64,000 bases of DNA from Ascoidea asiatica JCM 7603 (GCA_001600695.1 BCKQ01000003.1:838003-902002); one strand, 5' to 3'. Positions 1 to 12,133 are shown, counted from the first letter of the stretch. Program-made: numbers and translations. The notes: a model not told the origin generated them from the letters alone.

Positions 1-48
1 GACAAGGCAAGAAACAGCAAGAAGCAGTACACATATGTGTTATTACAG

Positions 49-149
49 AGCCCTAATAATGTAGCCCTAATGTTACATCACGTGGTTAATAACACGTGTA
101 AGATTGAAACCATTAAATTGGATCCTTTAATTTTTTTAAAAATCACGTG
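49..149. promoter_or_regulatory. Cluster of Tbf1-like (AGCCCTAA x2) and E-box CACGTG (x3) motifs upstream of the FLC1-like gene
   Basis: AGCCCTAA at 49-56 and 63-70; CACGTG at 79-84, 93-98 and 144-149. Factor assignment (Tbf1; Cbf1/Tye7/Pho4) is by analogy with S. cerevisiae consensus. Confidence 0.5.
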
Positions 150-986
150 GAAGAAAAAAAAATAAACGGGGCTGGTGCTGCTGGCTGGTGCAGCTGCTGG
201 CGGTGCTGGCGATGCTCGACTCTTGACGCTGGTGTTTACTGGGCTTGCACTGCCAGTTTCTTAGTTAAGTTACTAGGAGAGCAGAAAAGAAAATAACGTT
301 GGAAATAAATAATAATAGAATCTACCGGTACTGTAGAAAAGAATAATAGTATCGTTAATAGAAATTTGATACATATTTGAAATATATTATTTGAAATATC
401 TTGATATATTGATATATTCAATAATAATTATCTTATTATCATACCCAGTAATTCCATTACATTATTGAAGATCAATAAAGAAAGAATACCCCATCACTTT
501 GCTCAAAGACTTTTTTGTTGTAGCAGCTGAATCAATATTCCAATCATCTTTCAAATATTATATCAAATAACATTATATTTCATACCCTTTAATCAAAAAT
601 AAACAATAGATAAAATCATATCGAATTCTATCAGATCAGTTCAGTTCAAATCAAATCAAATTCTATATATTATATATCTAATCAGATAATTGTACATTTC
701 AAAATATATTATAGTAATTGCTTTTTTTCAATATTTTAATTACTGTTATCATACTTCTCGTTTAATATTAGACTGATATCTGTTTATATACAGAATATAC
801 ACAACTTTTATTTATATTTTGAGAATTACCTTTTAATTATCTTTCATTTTATCTTCAATTATCAAAAACATTACCTTTACTTACAATTCTATTATTGCAT
901 TTTATCAAATTCAAATATTATTACTAAGATTAAAAAAAAATTAAAGTAATATAATATATATTAAAAATTAAAAATTCTTTTCAAAA

Positions 987-3647
987 ATGAATCCAATAAA
1001 TTTCTTACTTATTTTTTTATCAATATTAAATATATCCTTAGCTAAAAGATCTTTATCTGCATCTTCTTTAGTAACATGTATGGATAATTCTCAATTATCT
1101 GCTTCTTATTTCGATGTTGTTTTTAATCCTGATGATCGTTCTCTAAATTATGATCTTGATTTAACAAGTGAAATTGATGGTTATGTAATTGCAAATATTC
1201 AAGTTTATGCTTATGGGTTTAAAATTATTCATGAAACTTTAGATATGTGTTCATTAAGTTTTAAACAATTTTGTCCACTTTATCCAGGTCCTGTTGATAT
1301 TGAATCAACTGAATATATAAGTTCTTCAATAACAAAACAAATTCCAGGAATTGCATATACTGTTCCTGATATTGATGCTTTTATAAGAATTGAAATTCAA
1401 AATACAAATAAAACTAAATTAGCTTGTATTCAAGCTGATTTCTCAAATGGTAAAACTGTCTCTCATATTGCTATAAAATGGGTAACTGCATTCATTGCAG
1501 GTTTAGGTTTATTAACTTCTGCTTTATTATCTTCTTTAGGTAATAATTCAAATGCTGCTTCTCATATTGCTGCAAATGCTGTTTCTTTATTTTCTTATTT
1601 TCAATCTGTTGTTATTGTAACAATGCAACATGTTGATAGAGTTCCTCCAATTGCTTCTGCTTGGTCTCAAAATTTAGCTTGGTCAATGGGTTTAATAAGA
1701 ACTGAATTTATGCAAAAAATTTTTAGATGGTATATACAATCAACTGGTGGTACTCCAACTTTATATTTTACTTCTGAAACTGTTTCAATTTTAGTTCAAA
1801 GAAGTTTAGATTTATTTAAAAGAACTTTTCCAAATACTACTTCTCTTATTAAAAGAGCTAAAACTTATGTTCTTTATGGTAATAAAAATTTATTAATATT
1901 TAGAGGTATTAAAAGAGTTGGTTATTTAGCTCATATTGAAGCAACTTCAATAGTTGTAACTGGTTTTACTTTTTTTATAATTTGTGCTTATGTTTTAGTT
2001 TTTGCAATTTTATTATTTAAATATTTCTTAGAATTATTAATTAAATTAAAATTAATTAAAGTTCAAACTGGTTTAGAATTTAGAAAAAATTATAAACATA
2101 TTTTAAAAGGTTCTTTATTAAGATATATTTATATTGGTTTTACTCAATTAACTATTTTCTCATTATGGGAATTTACTGAAAATGATTCTCCAGCAGTAAT
2201 TGTACTTGCAGTTTTATTTTTAATGTTAGCTGTTGGAATTATTGGTTTTACATCTTATAGAACTTTATATTTTGGTAAAAAAAGTAGAAAATTACATAAT
2301 AATCCTGCTGCTATTCTTTATGGTGAACAAAAAATTTTAGATAAATATGGTTTTTTTTATACAATGTTTAATGCAAAATTATATTGGTGGGGTTCAGTTT
2401 TTTTCTTTTTCACTTTATCAAAATCAATTTTTATTGGTTTAGTTCAAAGTTCTGGTAAAGTTCAATGTCTTTTAGTTTTTATATTTGATTTAATTTATTT
2501 AATTTTATTATCATATTTTAAGCCATTCCTTGATAAACCAACAAATATTTTAAATATTTTAATTCAAACTGTTAATACTTTAAATTCATTTCTATTTTTA
2601 TTTTTTTCAAATCTTTTTGGTCAACCTGCTGCTGTTGGTTCTATAATGGGCTGGGTTTTTTTCATTTTAAATGCTGCTTTTTCTTTAATTTTATTAATTT
2701 TAATTATCATTTATGCAATTTTATCTATTTTTTCAAAAAATCCAGATGCAAGATTTCAACCTGCAAAAGATGATAGAACTTCATTTCAAAGAAGTTCTCA
2801 AATTATTGATAGAGATAGTATGGCTCAAGATAATTTTGTTTCAGAATTATTTGCTCTTGGTGCAACTGCAAAAAATCATCAAAGTGATTGGGCAAATGAT
2901 TTAAAAACTTTTGATAGTCCAGGTTTATCTCCATATGATTTAAGATTTCAAAGAAGTGAAAAAGCATTTAAAGATCATCAAGCAAGTATAAATAATGAAA
3001 ATAGATCAGATGATTCTCCATTCAGTGATAATTTAAGTAATAATAAAAATAAGAATACTCTTAATCCTTCTAATGTTAATGAAAGTTCATCATTAGGAGT
3101 TAAAACTGCTTTAGCAGGATTAATGAGAAAATTTTCTAATGCTAGAAGAAATCATTCTATTAAAAGACAGAAATCTTCAAATGGTAGTGGTTCAAATAAA
3201 AGAGGTTTATCTTTAAAATTAAATTCAAATAATTCAAATGTAGGATATTCAGATCCAAATTCAAATAGAGGAATCAATACAGTTGATGAAATAGCAGTTT
3301 TATCACCTCAGAGAGAAGTACCAGAAAGTTCAATATTTTCACCAACTTCAAAACATACAAGAAATGAATCAAGCATGCCAATAAATGCAAAAGATAATAG
3401 TGTTAACAATATGCATGATAATCATTTAGGTGATACTTACTCAACACTTTCATATGAAGAAGAAGATGAAAATCGATATAGTACAAATCAATTAACAAAT
3501 ACAGGAGGAGTCCAAGCAACTGATTTCGTTGAACCTGGATTTCAATTTGAAGATAATTATGCCTACTCTCCACAAAAGGATCCATATGACTCTTCAGCCA
3601 ATCAAAGTAATGAAAAAATAAATCCTACAAACTCAAAATTACTCTAA
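987..3647 (+). CDS. FLC1: Flavin carrier / fungal TRP-like ER membrane transporter (FLC1/FLC3 family), 886 aa
   Basis: Signal peptide, ML-like N-domain (SLVTCM..YFDVVF..FCPLYPG..IPGIAYTVPDID), family motif WSQNLAWSMGLIR..FRWYIQSTGGTP, many TM helices, disordered C-tail. Confidence 0.88.
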   Translation: MNPINFLLIFLSILNISLAKRSLSASSLVTCMDNSQLSASYFDVVFNPDDRSLNYDLDLTSEIDGYVIANIQVYAYGFKIIHETLDMCSLSFKQFCPLYPGPVDIESTEYISSSITKQIPGIAYTVPDIDAFIRIEIQNTNKTKLACIQADFSNGKTVSHIAIKWVTAFIAGLGLLTSALLSSLGNNSNAASHIAANAVSLFSYFQSVVIVTMQHVDRVPPIASAWSQNLAWSMGLIRTEFMQKIFRWYIQSTGGTPTLYFTSETVSILVQRSLDLFKRTFPNTTSLIKRAKTYVLYGNKNLLIFRGIKRVGYLAHIEATSIVVTGFTFFIICAYVLVFAILLFKYFLELLIKLKLIKVQTGLEFRKNYKHILKGSLLRYIYIGFTQLTIFSLWEFTENDSPAVIVLAVLFLMLAVGIIGFTSYRTLYFGKKSRKLHNNPAAILYGEQKILDKYGFFYTMFNAKLYWWGSVFFFFTLSKSIFIGLVQSSGKVQCLLVFIFDLIYLILLSYFKPFLDKPTNILNILIQTVNTLNSFLFLFFSNLFGQPAAVGSIMGWVFFILNAAFSLILLILIIIYAILSIFSKNPDARFQPAKDDRTSFQRSSQIIDRDSMAQDNFVSELFALGATAKNHQSDWANDLKTFDSPGLSPYDLRFQRSEKAFKDHQASINNENRSDDSPFSDNLSNNKNKNTLNPSNVNESSSLGVKTALAGLMRKFSNARRNHSIKRQKSSNGSGSNKRGLSLKLNSNNSNVGYSDPNSNRGINTVDEIAVLSPQREVPESSIFSPTSKHTRNESSMPINAKDNSVNNMHDNHLGDTYSTLSYEEEDENRYSTNQLTNTGGVQATDFVEPGFQFEDNYAYSPQKDPYDSSANQSNEKINPTNSKLL

Positions 3648-4209
3648 TAATAAACTAATTTCAAATTTATCTTCCTTCAACTTCTTATTTTTTTTTATTT
3701 AATTCTAGGACCCCGATTTAATAATATTATTTTAGGTTAATATCTTTTCTTTTCTCAAGAGAATGAAATTTGTTTAATGTTATTTTAAAAAGAATTCTCA
3801 TTCCAAGGTTTTTATTTCTTCATCTTTTTTTTTGGTTTTTTTTTTGTATTAAAAAAATTTTGAATCTTTTTTTTGTTTATTTTTATATTTTTTTTTTTAA
3901 AAAAAAAATCGAACTATAAACTTAACAGTTAAGATTAATCAAGAAAGATTTAATTTGGGTTTATAGAAATCAATCCTAAGATTTCAGTTTGCTATTATAA
4001 TTTGGAAGTCTTCAATGACTGAAATTGATACTAAAGAAATTTAAATCTTTTCGATCAAAAATAATATATCTGTTACTCTAATATTTGTTGCTCTGATGAT
4101 TTACCCAATGATGAATGATTTTCAAAGATGCCAGTAGGCTAGGCTTTAGGTAGAAGACATTCCAATTAATAACTTACCTTTTCCATAATTCTCTATACTC
4201 TACTTTACA

Positions 4210-4223
4210 CCCCCCCCCCCCCC
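4210..4223 (+). repeat. Poly-C tract (C14)
   Basis: 14 consecutive C in AT-rich intergenic DNA. Confidence 0.9.
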
Positions 4224-4512
4224 TATCTTTTTTTAATTCCATATATTTTTGTATTCTTATTTAGCAAATCCATCTAATTTCTCTTCTTCATTCACTTCGT
4301 CTAGCTCATCTGCTTTATCTACCATATTAATTAACATTATTTCTGTTAAAAGATTCGAAAAGTTTCATTTAATTCACTAGCCTTATATTCCAGCCATAAC
4401 CAGCCACAATATGTTTTTCCCAAAGCATTTCCGTACATTTGGTCTCTTGTTTTTTTTGCGCAAGGCCTTCTCCTCTGTTTAGATCTCGTTTTTGTTCCAT
4501 TATTTTCGTAGC

Positions 4513-4518
4513 ACGCGT
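4513..4518. promoter_or_regulatory. MCB element (ACGCGT) upstream of PWWP gene
   Basis: ACGCGT about 245 nt upstream of ATG 4760; CG-rich hexamer is rare in this background. Single site, function inferred. Confidence 0.4.
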
Positions 4519-4759
4519 CGTTAATAGTTCTTTTTTAATTCACTTAAAATATTTATTCAAATGAAAACAAATTCAGTTATTTTGAATGTTTTTTTTTGAT
4601 TCAATCAAATCAATTGTAATAATTATTCCTTTTTTTTAAAATTAGAAACAGTTAGTTTAATAAAATCTTAATTGATATTTTGAAAATTCTCAGCTTTCAT
4701 TCCGATAAGCTATATATGTTTTTTGGCTTTTATGTTATTTAACTCTTCAAGGAAATTTG

Positions 4760-7207
4760 ATGGATCTGCAACTTTTTGATCATGATTCGTGGATACCAAA
4801 AACTGGAGAAAGAGTTTTATGTCAAGTTCCTGGTTATCCAGCTTGGCCTTCGATGGTATTACCTTTAGATACATTACCTATTCATATTGCTCAAAAGAAA
4901 CCAAAGAGATCAAAAGTACCTTTATATCCAGTAGTATTTTATAATGATCCAACTTTTTATTGGGCGAAAAAACAATATTTAAAATTATTAACAGATTCAA
5001 TAATAAATAATTACATAACGAGAAATAAAAAAGCTAAAAATTTCCAATTATATGAAGCATATGTTGAATCTCTAAAATATCCAACTTTCGAAGATTATTT
5101 GGTGCTTAATGGAGGACAAGAGGATTTAGTTAATCCAGATAATGAATTATTAAATTCAATTAGACAAAGTATAGCGACTGCAAGAAATGAATCAGTGAAA
5201 AAAATTGCTGAATCTGAAAATTATGTTGAGATTCTTGATCCAGATGATTCTGACTCAAATTATTCTGAGAATTCTAACAACCCTGATCATCAAACCGTTA
5301 TAGATCATTATGATCATAACAAGCAAAGTAACGAAAACAATGACTTTGATGATGATGATGATAATAATGATTCAAACTCCCCTTTATTTAAATCATTCAA
5401 CGATGTATTATTAGATGACGAATATTTCGAAAATGAAAGGCAGATAGAAGAGCAGATTAAGAACCAAAAGCAATTATTAAATGAGGATGATAATGAATCT
5501 GATACTGATTCTAATACAGATACCGATAATCAAGGTTCAAATAAAAATAAAAATAAAAATAAAAATAAAAATGAAAGTGAAAGTGAGTCTGAATATGAAT
5601 ATGAAGATGATTCTGATTACAAAAATAGAAATGTAGAAAAAACTAGAAGTAGAAGCAGAAGCAAAAACGGTAGACTTTTAAAACTCCGTGCTATATCAAG
5701 AAAAGCTAAACAGACTAAGCAAACAGTAAAAAAGAAAAAAATATTAGAAAGTGATTTAGAAAATGAAATTGAAAATGAAATTGTATCAGATAATGCGCCT
5801 TCAAGTAAAACATCAGATAATACAGTTAATGATACAATAATTTCAAGTCCAAATATATCTAAAAATAATATTTCAAAAAGTAAATCCCTAGTTTTAAGAA
5901 AAAAAACATCTAATCAGCTATCTAGAATAAAAACTAAAAACAAAGTAACAAAAGAAGACGTTGCAACTCCTGAAGAATTGAGACTTTTAGAAGAAGAAAA
6001 TGAGTTTGAAAATAAAATCTGGATTCCATTAATTGGCAATAGAGTTGCCTGTAAAGTTCCAACTTATCCTGCCGCTCCTGGTATGATTATACCCTTGAAA
6101 CTCCTTCCATTATCAGTCATGAAAGAAATTCCACCAAATTTAACACTTGATGAAGTTTTCCCAGTATCATTTTACAATGAAACCACTTATTATTGGGCTC
6201 AACGATATGAATTAAATTTACTATCTGATACAAAAATTGATGTATTTTTAAGGATTCAAAAGAAAAAAAATTTTGGGACAAAATCAAAATCAAATTTGGA
6301 TTTAATTTCTGCTTACTTGCAAGCAAAAGAATATAAAACTTTAAGTGAATTTATAACTTTAAAAAATTTTGATACCGAGAAGCTTTTAGACCAAGATCCT
6401 GAAAAAATAAATAGGTATGAAGCAAATGTTAGATTACAGGAATCGAACATTCATCCAATTACAATTGAGAAAAAGCCTACAATTGCTACTCAAACTGATT
6501 TACTCACTGATGTAAATAATATTCTGCAAAGTTATAATATTCCAATAGCGGCTACACCTTTAACAACTCTGGTAGTTTCTCAACAGAATACCGAAATTCC
6601 AAATAGCTCAATATCATCACAAAGCCAAATGGTCAACAGTTATCGAAATTTATTTGGTAATATCAATGATCCCAAAAAAAATAATGTATTTAACAATTCA
6701 GGCTTGACAACTCCTTTGCCTCTATATTCTCTTCAGGTTCCTATAGTAAATAATTCCGAAAATAACTACAAATTACCACTTGAAGACTCTTCATTGAATG
6801 TAGCGAGTGGAGTAAAAGTCAAAAACGAATACATCAAAGTTCAGATCCCAAAAGAAAATGAAAGCTCCAATAAATATTCTAAGCCAAACCCACATGTTAG
6901 GAAGCCAAATAATGGAAAAGGTCGTTCTTTCGGTCCTGTTGACTCTGAAACTTCAGAAGATTCTTCAAATTCATATAAAGAAGCAAGTGATTGGAGAACT
7001 GGCAGTCCTAAAAAGCCTACTATTGGCATTGTAGCTGGAATTATTCCTAAAAGGGATTATGATATAACGCCAACAGTTACATCTAGTTTCGAAGAAGGTA
7101 CTACTACAATTGGAAAGCTCTCATCCACAGGATTATTTAAGCCTCCTGATTTTTATAGACAGTTATCTTATAATCAATCCCCTCCTAACAAAAGAAGAAA
7201 AGTTTAA
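4760..7207 (+). CDS. Tandem PWWP-domain chromatin protein (Pdp3/Ioc4-related), 815 aa
   Basis: First ATG is 4760 (track starts at TTG 4757). Domain 1 GERVLCQVPGYPAWPSMV..VVFYNDPTFYWA..LYEAY; domain 2 GNRVACKVPTYPAAPGMI..VSFYNETTYYWA..LISAY; C-terminal NLS-like PNKRRKV. Confidence 0.8.
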   Translation: MDLQLFDHDSWIPKTGERVLCQVPGYPAWPSMVLPLDTLPIHIAQKKPKRSKVPLYPVVFYNDPTFYWAKKQYLKLLTDSIINNYITRNKKAKNFQLYEAYVESLKYPTFEDYLVLNGGQEDLVNPDNELLNSIRQSIATARNESVKKIAESENYVEILDPDDSDSNYSENSNNPDHQTVIDHYDHNKQSNENNDFDDDDDNNDSNSPLFKSFNDVLLDDEYFENERQIEEQIKNQKQLLNEDDNESDTDSNTDTDNQGSNKNKNKNKNKNESESESEYEYEDDSDYKNRNVEKTRSRSRSKNGRLLKLRAISRKAKQTKQTVKKKKILESDLENEIENEIVSDNAPSSKTSDNTVNDTIISSPNISKNNISKSKSLVLRKKTSNQLSRIKTKNKVTKEDVATPEELRLLEEENEFENKIWIPLIGNRVACKVPTYPAAPGMIIPLKLLPLSVMKEIPPNLTLDEVFPVSFYNETTYYWAQRYELNLLSDTKIDVFLRIQKKKNFGTKSKSNLDLISAYLQAKEYKTLSEFITLKNFDTEKLLDQDPEKINRYEANVRLQESNIHPITIEKKPTIATQTDLLTDVNNILQSYNIPIAATPLTTLVVSQQNTEIPNSSISSQSQMVNSYRNLFGNINDPKKNNVFNNSGLTTPLPLYSLQVPIVNNSENNYKLPLEDSSLNVASGVKVKNEYIKVQIPKENESSNKYSKPNPHVRKPNNGKGRSFGPVDSETSEDSSNSYKEASDWRTGSPKKPTIGIVAGIIPKRDYDITPTVTSSFEEGTTTIGKLSSTGLFKPPDFYRQLSYNQSPPNKRRKV

Positions 7208-7773
7208 AGAAATATGAATTTCATTTTTATCTCGTTGATAAAGAGATGAAAAGGCAGGTAAGCTATGTATAGTATCAAAAATTTTGCTACCTTCAAATTC
7301 ACTTGAAAGTTTAAGAATAAAATCCTAAAATTTAGGTACTTTTCTCAATTTCTCTCTTTTTTCCTCATTAAAACTATAATTAAGTTGCAGAGAAAACTCT
7401 ATAAACTGCAAATTTTGCTTTTATTCGATAATTATAAATAAGAAATTGAGTTTTTTTGCTAAATTTTGTTATTTTAATTTTACATAACTTGTTCAAAAAA
7501 GTATTTCAACTTCTTATTTTAGTTCAATCAAGACATAATGAAGAAATTTGTTTTTAAGTTAATGTTGATTATCAACAATATATTAGTATAATATATACTT
7601 TTTATATATTTATATGTATATAGGTGTGTATATAATGAAAGGTTAGAAAATATAAAAAAAAGGCAAATAAGCAGAAATAAATATTACAAAGCAAAAGAAA
7701 ACTAAAAAAATAAAATGATAAGGTAAGTAAAAAGAAAATAGAAAACCATTATGTAAAAAAAGAATAAGAAGAA

Positions 7774-9435
7774 TTACTCTTCTTTTTCAACAGGAACAAC
7801 ATGATCAATATTTAATCTTGGTCCCTTAAACCATTTATGAGCATCTACTAAGTACCAAGTGATTGCCATTAACATTGGACCAAAATAAACAACTACAGTC
7901 CAATTCATTTCATCTGCGGTATTATCTTTACCTCTAAGATATGGGAAACATAAAAATGGTGTCATCATTACAACAAAAGCAACAGCAAGACAACCAATTG
8001 GTTTTGAGAATTTTCCAAGATTCCATGGTCCAGGTTTGAAATTTTCTGCTGGAATAATAAGTTTAATAGCTGTTGGAATTGTAAAAGATATAAAAGCTGC
8101 AAGAGCACCTACACTAAAAATAGCACCAATAGCAGTATCACCTGCAAAAATTAATAATAATAATAATTCACCAACAAACCAATTAAACCAGACAGCATTT
8201 ACAGGAGTTTGAGTATGTTTATTAACTATTTTCCAATATCTTGATAATGGAAAACAACCATCTCTAGAATAAGCAAAAGTAACTCTACTAGCAGCAATCA
8301 TTCCTGCTTGTAACATGAAAAAAGAAGAAATAATGGTCATTATAATTACCATATCAACTAATTTTGTTGGTAAAACTTGAGCTGCATAAGTTACAAAAGG
8401 TTGACCTAATTCACTATTATTAATTGCAACTAAATCAACAGCAGTATATGCAATTGTTAATTGAAGTAACCAACCAAAAATTCCTCCAGTAAGAGAAGTT
8501 AAAGTAATTGCTCTTGGAACACAAATTGCAGCATTTGAAGATTCTTCAGCAAGATGAAAAGCACTATCATAACCACTAAGAGTCCAAATAAGATTAAGAA
8601 AAGACATTAAAACAGCAACACCATCAGACCATTCAGTTTGATTTACAGTTGTACTCCAAACAAAAGCATTTGAATTATATCTTGATAAACCTTGATCAGT
8701 TCTATTATCACCAGCAAGAATTGCAATCATTACAACAAATAAAAATATCATATTTAAAGAACCACCTAAATTATTAAACCAAGCAATCCATTTTGTTGGC
8801 ATTGAAGAAATTATACTTAAAAAAAAAGTAAAAGCAGTTGTTATACCAAATATTGCACCATCACCATAAGTAAAATTTGGATCATGAAAACTTTTTAAAG
8901 CTAAAATCATACAAGTTAAAGCATAACCAATTGAAGGACCAGAAGTTATTTGAACTAACCAATTTGACCAACCAACACACCATGAAGCAAATGGAGCATA
9001 TTTTGGATGAACAGGAGCTAATAAAGCATTTGCAGCATAATATAAACCAGAAGATAAAGGCATTGAAGAAGCTATTTCTGCCATTGATAAAGCAACACAT
9101 TGAACACCAATCCAAGCAACTAACCAACCCCAAGACATTGAAACTGTACCAGAATATAAAGAATAATAAAGACAAGAAGCAGTACTTGGTAATAAACCAA
9201 GTAATGAAAAAGATATATTAAAAGTTGACCATAAAGTTAATTCTCTTTTAAATTCTTGTTTATAACCTAAAGCAGTTAATCTTTGTTCATCAGAACCCAT
9301 ATCATGATCAATAACTGGATTTAAACCTTGATTTGATAATATTGAAGTTAAATTCATTAAATCAACTTCAAGAACTTTTCCAGTTCCTGTTTCTTGAGCA
9401 TTTGTGGAAGATATTGATTTTTCTTTATCACTCAT
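7774..9435 (-). CDS. APC-superfamily amino acid/polyamine/GABA permease (UGA4/TPO5/HNM1 family), 553 aa
   Basis: LGYKQEFKREL, SMAEIASSMPLSSGLYY, SGYDSAFHLAEE, SRVTFAYSRDG, FKPGPWNLG, MNWTVVV..AHKWFKGP motifs; about 12 hydrophobic segments. Confidence 0.9.
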   Translation of the reverse strand: MSDKEKSISSTNAQETGTGKVLEVDLMNLTSILSNQGLNPVIDHDMGSDEQRLTALGYKQEFKRELTLWSTFNISFSLLGLLPSTASCLYYSLYSGTVSMSWGWLVAWIGVQCVALSMAEIASSMPLSSGLYYAANALLAPVHPKYAPFASWCVGWSNWLVQITSGPSIGYALTCMILALKSFHDPNFTYGDGAIFGITTAFTFFLSIISSMPTKWIAWFNNLGGSLNMIFLFVVMIAILAGDNRTDQGLSRYNSNAFVWSTTVNQTEWSDGVAVLMSFLNLIWTLSGYDSAFHLAEESSNAAICVPRAITLTSLTGGIFGWLLQLTIAYTAVDLVAINNSELGQPFVTYAAQVLPTKLVDMVIIMTIISSFFMLQAGMIAASRVTFAYSRDGCFPLSRYWKIVNKHTQTPVNAVWFNWFVGELLLLLIFAGDTAIGAIFSVGALAAFISFTIPTAIKLIIPAENFKPGPWNLGKFSKPIGCLAVAFVVMMTPFLCFPYLRGKDNTADEMNWTVVVYFGPMLMAITWYLVDAHKWFKGPRLNIDHVVPVEKEE

Positions 9436-10235
9436 TTTTATTAGTTTATTTATTTATTTATTTATTTATATATATATTAATGTATATATATATATTGTAT
9501 ATATATTAATGTATATATATATATTGTATATATATTTTATTTTTGAGATATTCAATTATTTTTATGATTTTAAAATTATATTTTTTTTTTGTAATTATAA
9601 AAATCTTTTAAACATTCTATTTCTTAAAATGAATATATTATTATATACTTTCTTTTTTTTTGAAATATTGTAAGTATGAATGAATTATATAAACTTTAAG
9701 TGATAAAATTCTTTATGTCTTAATGTCTTAATTTCTAAATTTTTTATTTTAATTTTTATTTAAAAAAAAGATAAAGTTGAGAATGAAAATACTGGGAATA
9801 GATTTATATTTATATATATTTATATCTATATACAAAAATAGTGTATAAAAATATAATATAATACAAAATTATATAATTATTTAAAGAAAAAAAAAAAAGA
9901 AAGAGAAGTAAAATTGAAATGAATATGAAAGAAATATTTGACAGTAGTAATAGAGTTTATAGAAGTAGTTTACTGTATAAAGTTATAAGATTTGAAAAAG
10001 TTAGATTAAGTGAAGTTAAAAAAATAATGCAGATGATAAAGTTTTTTAAACAAGTTTACGATAATGAAAATAAGTTGTAAAATTATTATAAAAAATAATA
10101 ATAATAATAATATTCAAATATAAAACCAAAGAAAAAAAAGCATAGAGAAAAAATTATTTGAAATAGGAATTTTTTATTTATTTACTGTAGTAATTCAAAA
10201 TTTAAATTAAAATTGAAATTAAAATTGAAAATATT

Positions 10236-10498
10236 CTTATCAGTAACTAAATTAGTACTTGATGTATAGAATGTCTGAGATTATAAACTCAATAGACTTG
10301 TCTCAATTGTCATTTTTGTCATAATTATTTATATTTACTTATTACGATTATCCAAATTAGTAAATTATATATAAATTCAAAAAGGTTCAAAAAGGAATAA
10401 TATCAAAAGATCAAATTGAGTGAGTTCTGGGAAAATAATAAAATCAAAATCAAAATCAAAATCAAAATCAAACGAGAATGAAAAGTTCTTGTGATAAG
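10236..10498. promoter_or_regulatory. GATA (nitrogen catabolite repression-type) motifs upstream of permease
   Basis: CTTATC 10236-10241 and GATAAG 10493-10498. Fits the gene class but such hexamers arise easily by chance in AT-rich DNA. Confidence 0.25.
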
Positions 10499-11649
10499 AG
10501 AATCAATAAATATTGCTTATTTTGAATAAAACTGACTACAACAGTGAATTAACTAAGTAAAATAAACATAATTAACAAGAAATTGTTCATTTGAGTAACG
10601 AGGAATTAATTGCAGTTAATCTCCGTTTACTTCAATAACTGAAATAATAAAAATTATGATAATTCAAAAGTAACTGTTGATAATTGTAATAAAGGTCTTT
10701 ATGCTTTATTTCAAATACTTTAATGGTGAAAGAGGTTACTTCCTAAAACGAAGAATTAAACTGAAAACGAAATCGAAATAGTTTTTATTCATTTCTTTCT
10801 CTTTCTGCAAAAAAAAAAAAAATAACGGGGTTTCTTCACTAACAACGCTTTTCGGGACAGAAATTAATCAGAAATCAGAAATTAATGCAGCTCGAAAAGG
10901 CCCCGTTTTCTTGTTTTCTGTTTTAGCGGCGCAAGAAGAGGCAGCTGTACGCTTGCACCGCCACAGAATTTGCTATGAAGGTAGGTCCAAGCACAGTACG
11001 GACCCCGTGACAAGCGTAAAGAAGAATTCTTAATAAAAGTTAATCCGAGGGTAACGCTTTTTCTTGTCCCCGAATCAAAGAAAGTGCGGTGTATTCTTTC
11101 ATTCAACTATCGTCTCTGGAAGCATAAAAGCATTAGCAGTCTATTATAATATTCACTCTTAAAAGAAGCATTTTCTGACAATCTCATGCTAATCCGTTTA
11201 TATTAAGAGTTTCCAAGTAACTCCATGAATTGGAATAGAAGAACCGTAAACCAAAAATCCAAAGAGTATCAGGGACAAGGCAACAGAGAGCACTCTGTCC
11301 TATATTTGCAAGTGACAATAGGACAGACTGCTCTTAGTTAGTTGTGAGTGTTATGGAAATGAGGTTGGGTCGTTGGATTGCTGGACTGGTCTGACGGTTG
11401 CAGCGGCCTGGCTGCTCGGCGTTATCGCAGTCTCAAAAGCTTAAGGGAAACGGCTGTCCAGCTGCAATTCAATTCCACTTTTCAGATCTTCTCTGAGCCG
11501 GACTTTGACAGCACTGAGATAATCGAAGTGAGCGGCGGTGTGTCGCTTGATTCCTTTTTCGCTTATTTGGCTCTAAGCGCGTTTTTTTTCCTTTCTTCAT
11601 TCAATTTTTTGAAGATGCTTGTTAAGAAGGAACCTATTGTTGGTCTCAA

Positions 11650-11840
11650 ACACGTCATGTGATTTTTTTTGCTTTTTTTTTGATCACGTTTTAACTTTTT
11701 TTGAAATTATAATATATTCCCCAATACTTAGCCACGTGATGTTGTATTTTGGCGTTTGTTTACGTTTGTGCTTGTTGTTTACTTGTGTTTGTTTACCTTT
11801 TACTCAACTGGGTAAGCACGCGTATAACCTCACGTGCTTT
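11650..11840. promoter_or_regulatory. Cbf1-like (CACGTG/TCACATG) and MCB motifs upstream of GTT3
   Basis: GTCATGTGA near 11654, CACGTG near 11733 and 11831, ACGCGT 11818-11823, 300-480 nt before ATG 12134. Confidence 0.45.
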
Positions 11841-12133
11841 CCTCATTTTTGCTGATTCTTCCTCATTTTCTTCTTACTTTGCTGTATTTTTGCTGTGTTT
11901 TTGCTGTGTTTTTGCTGTAATTTTGCTTACAAACGCAATTTCTCCAGAAATCGGATATGATTTCTTGCTTTCGCTTAACGCTTTAATTTATTTAAGACAT
12001 ATATACATTATATTATTATATTATTATTTTAAAATATTATTTTATTAATTTATTATTTAAAAACAATAAATAATAAACAATAATTTAAATATATATATTT
12101 ATTTATTTTCTTACATAATAATATCAATTAAAA

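Noticed and set aside
10882-12048. Several 74-99 aa ORFs between the permease and GTT3
   Set aside because: Promoter-island sequence, no recognisable protein features.
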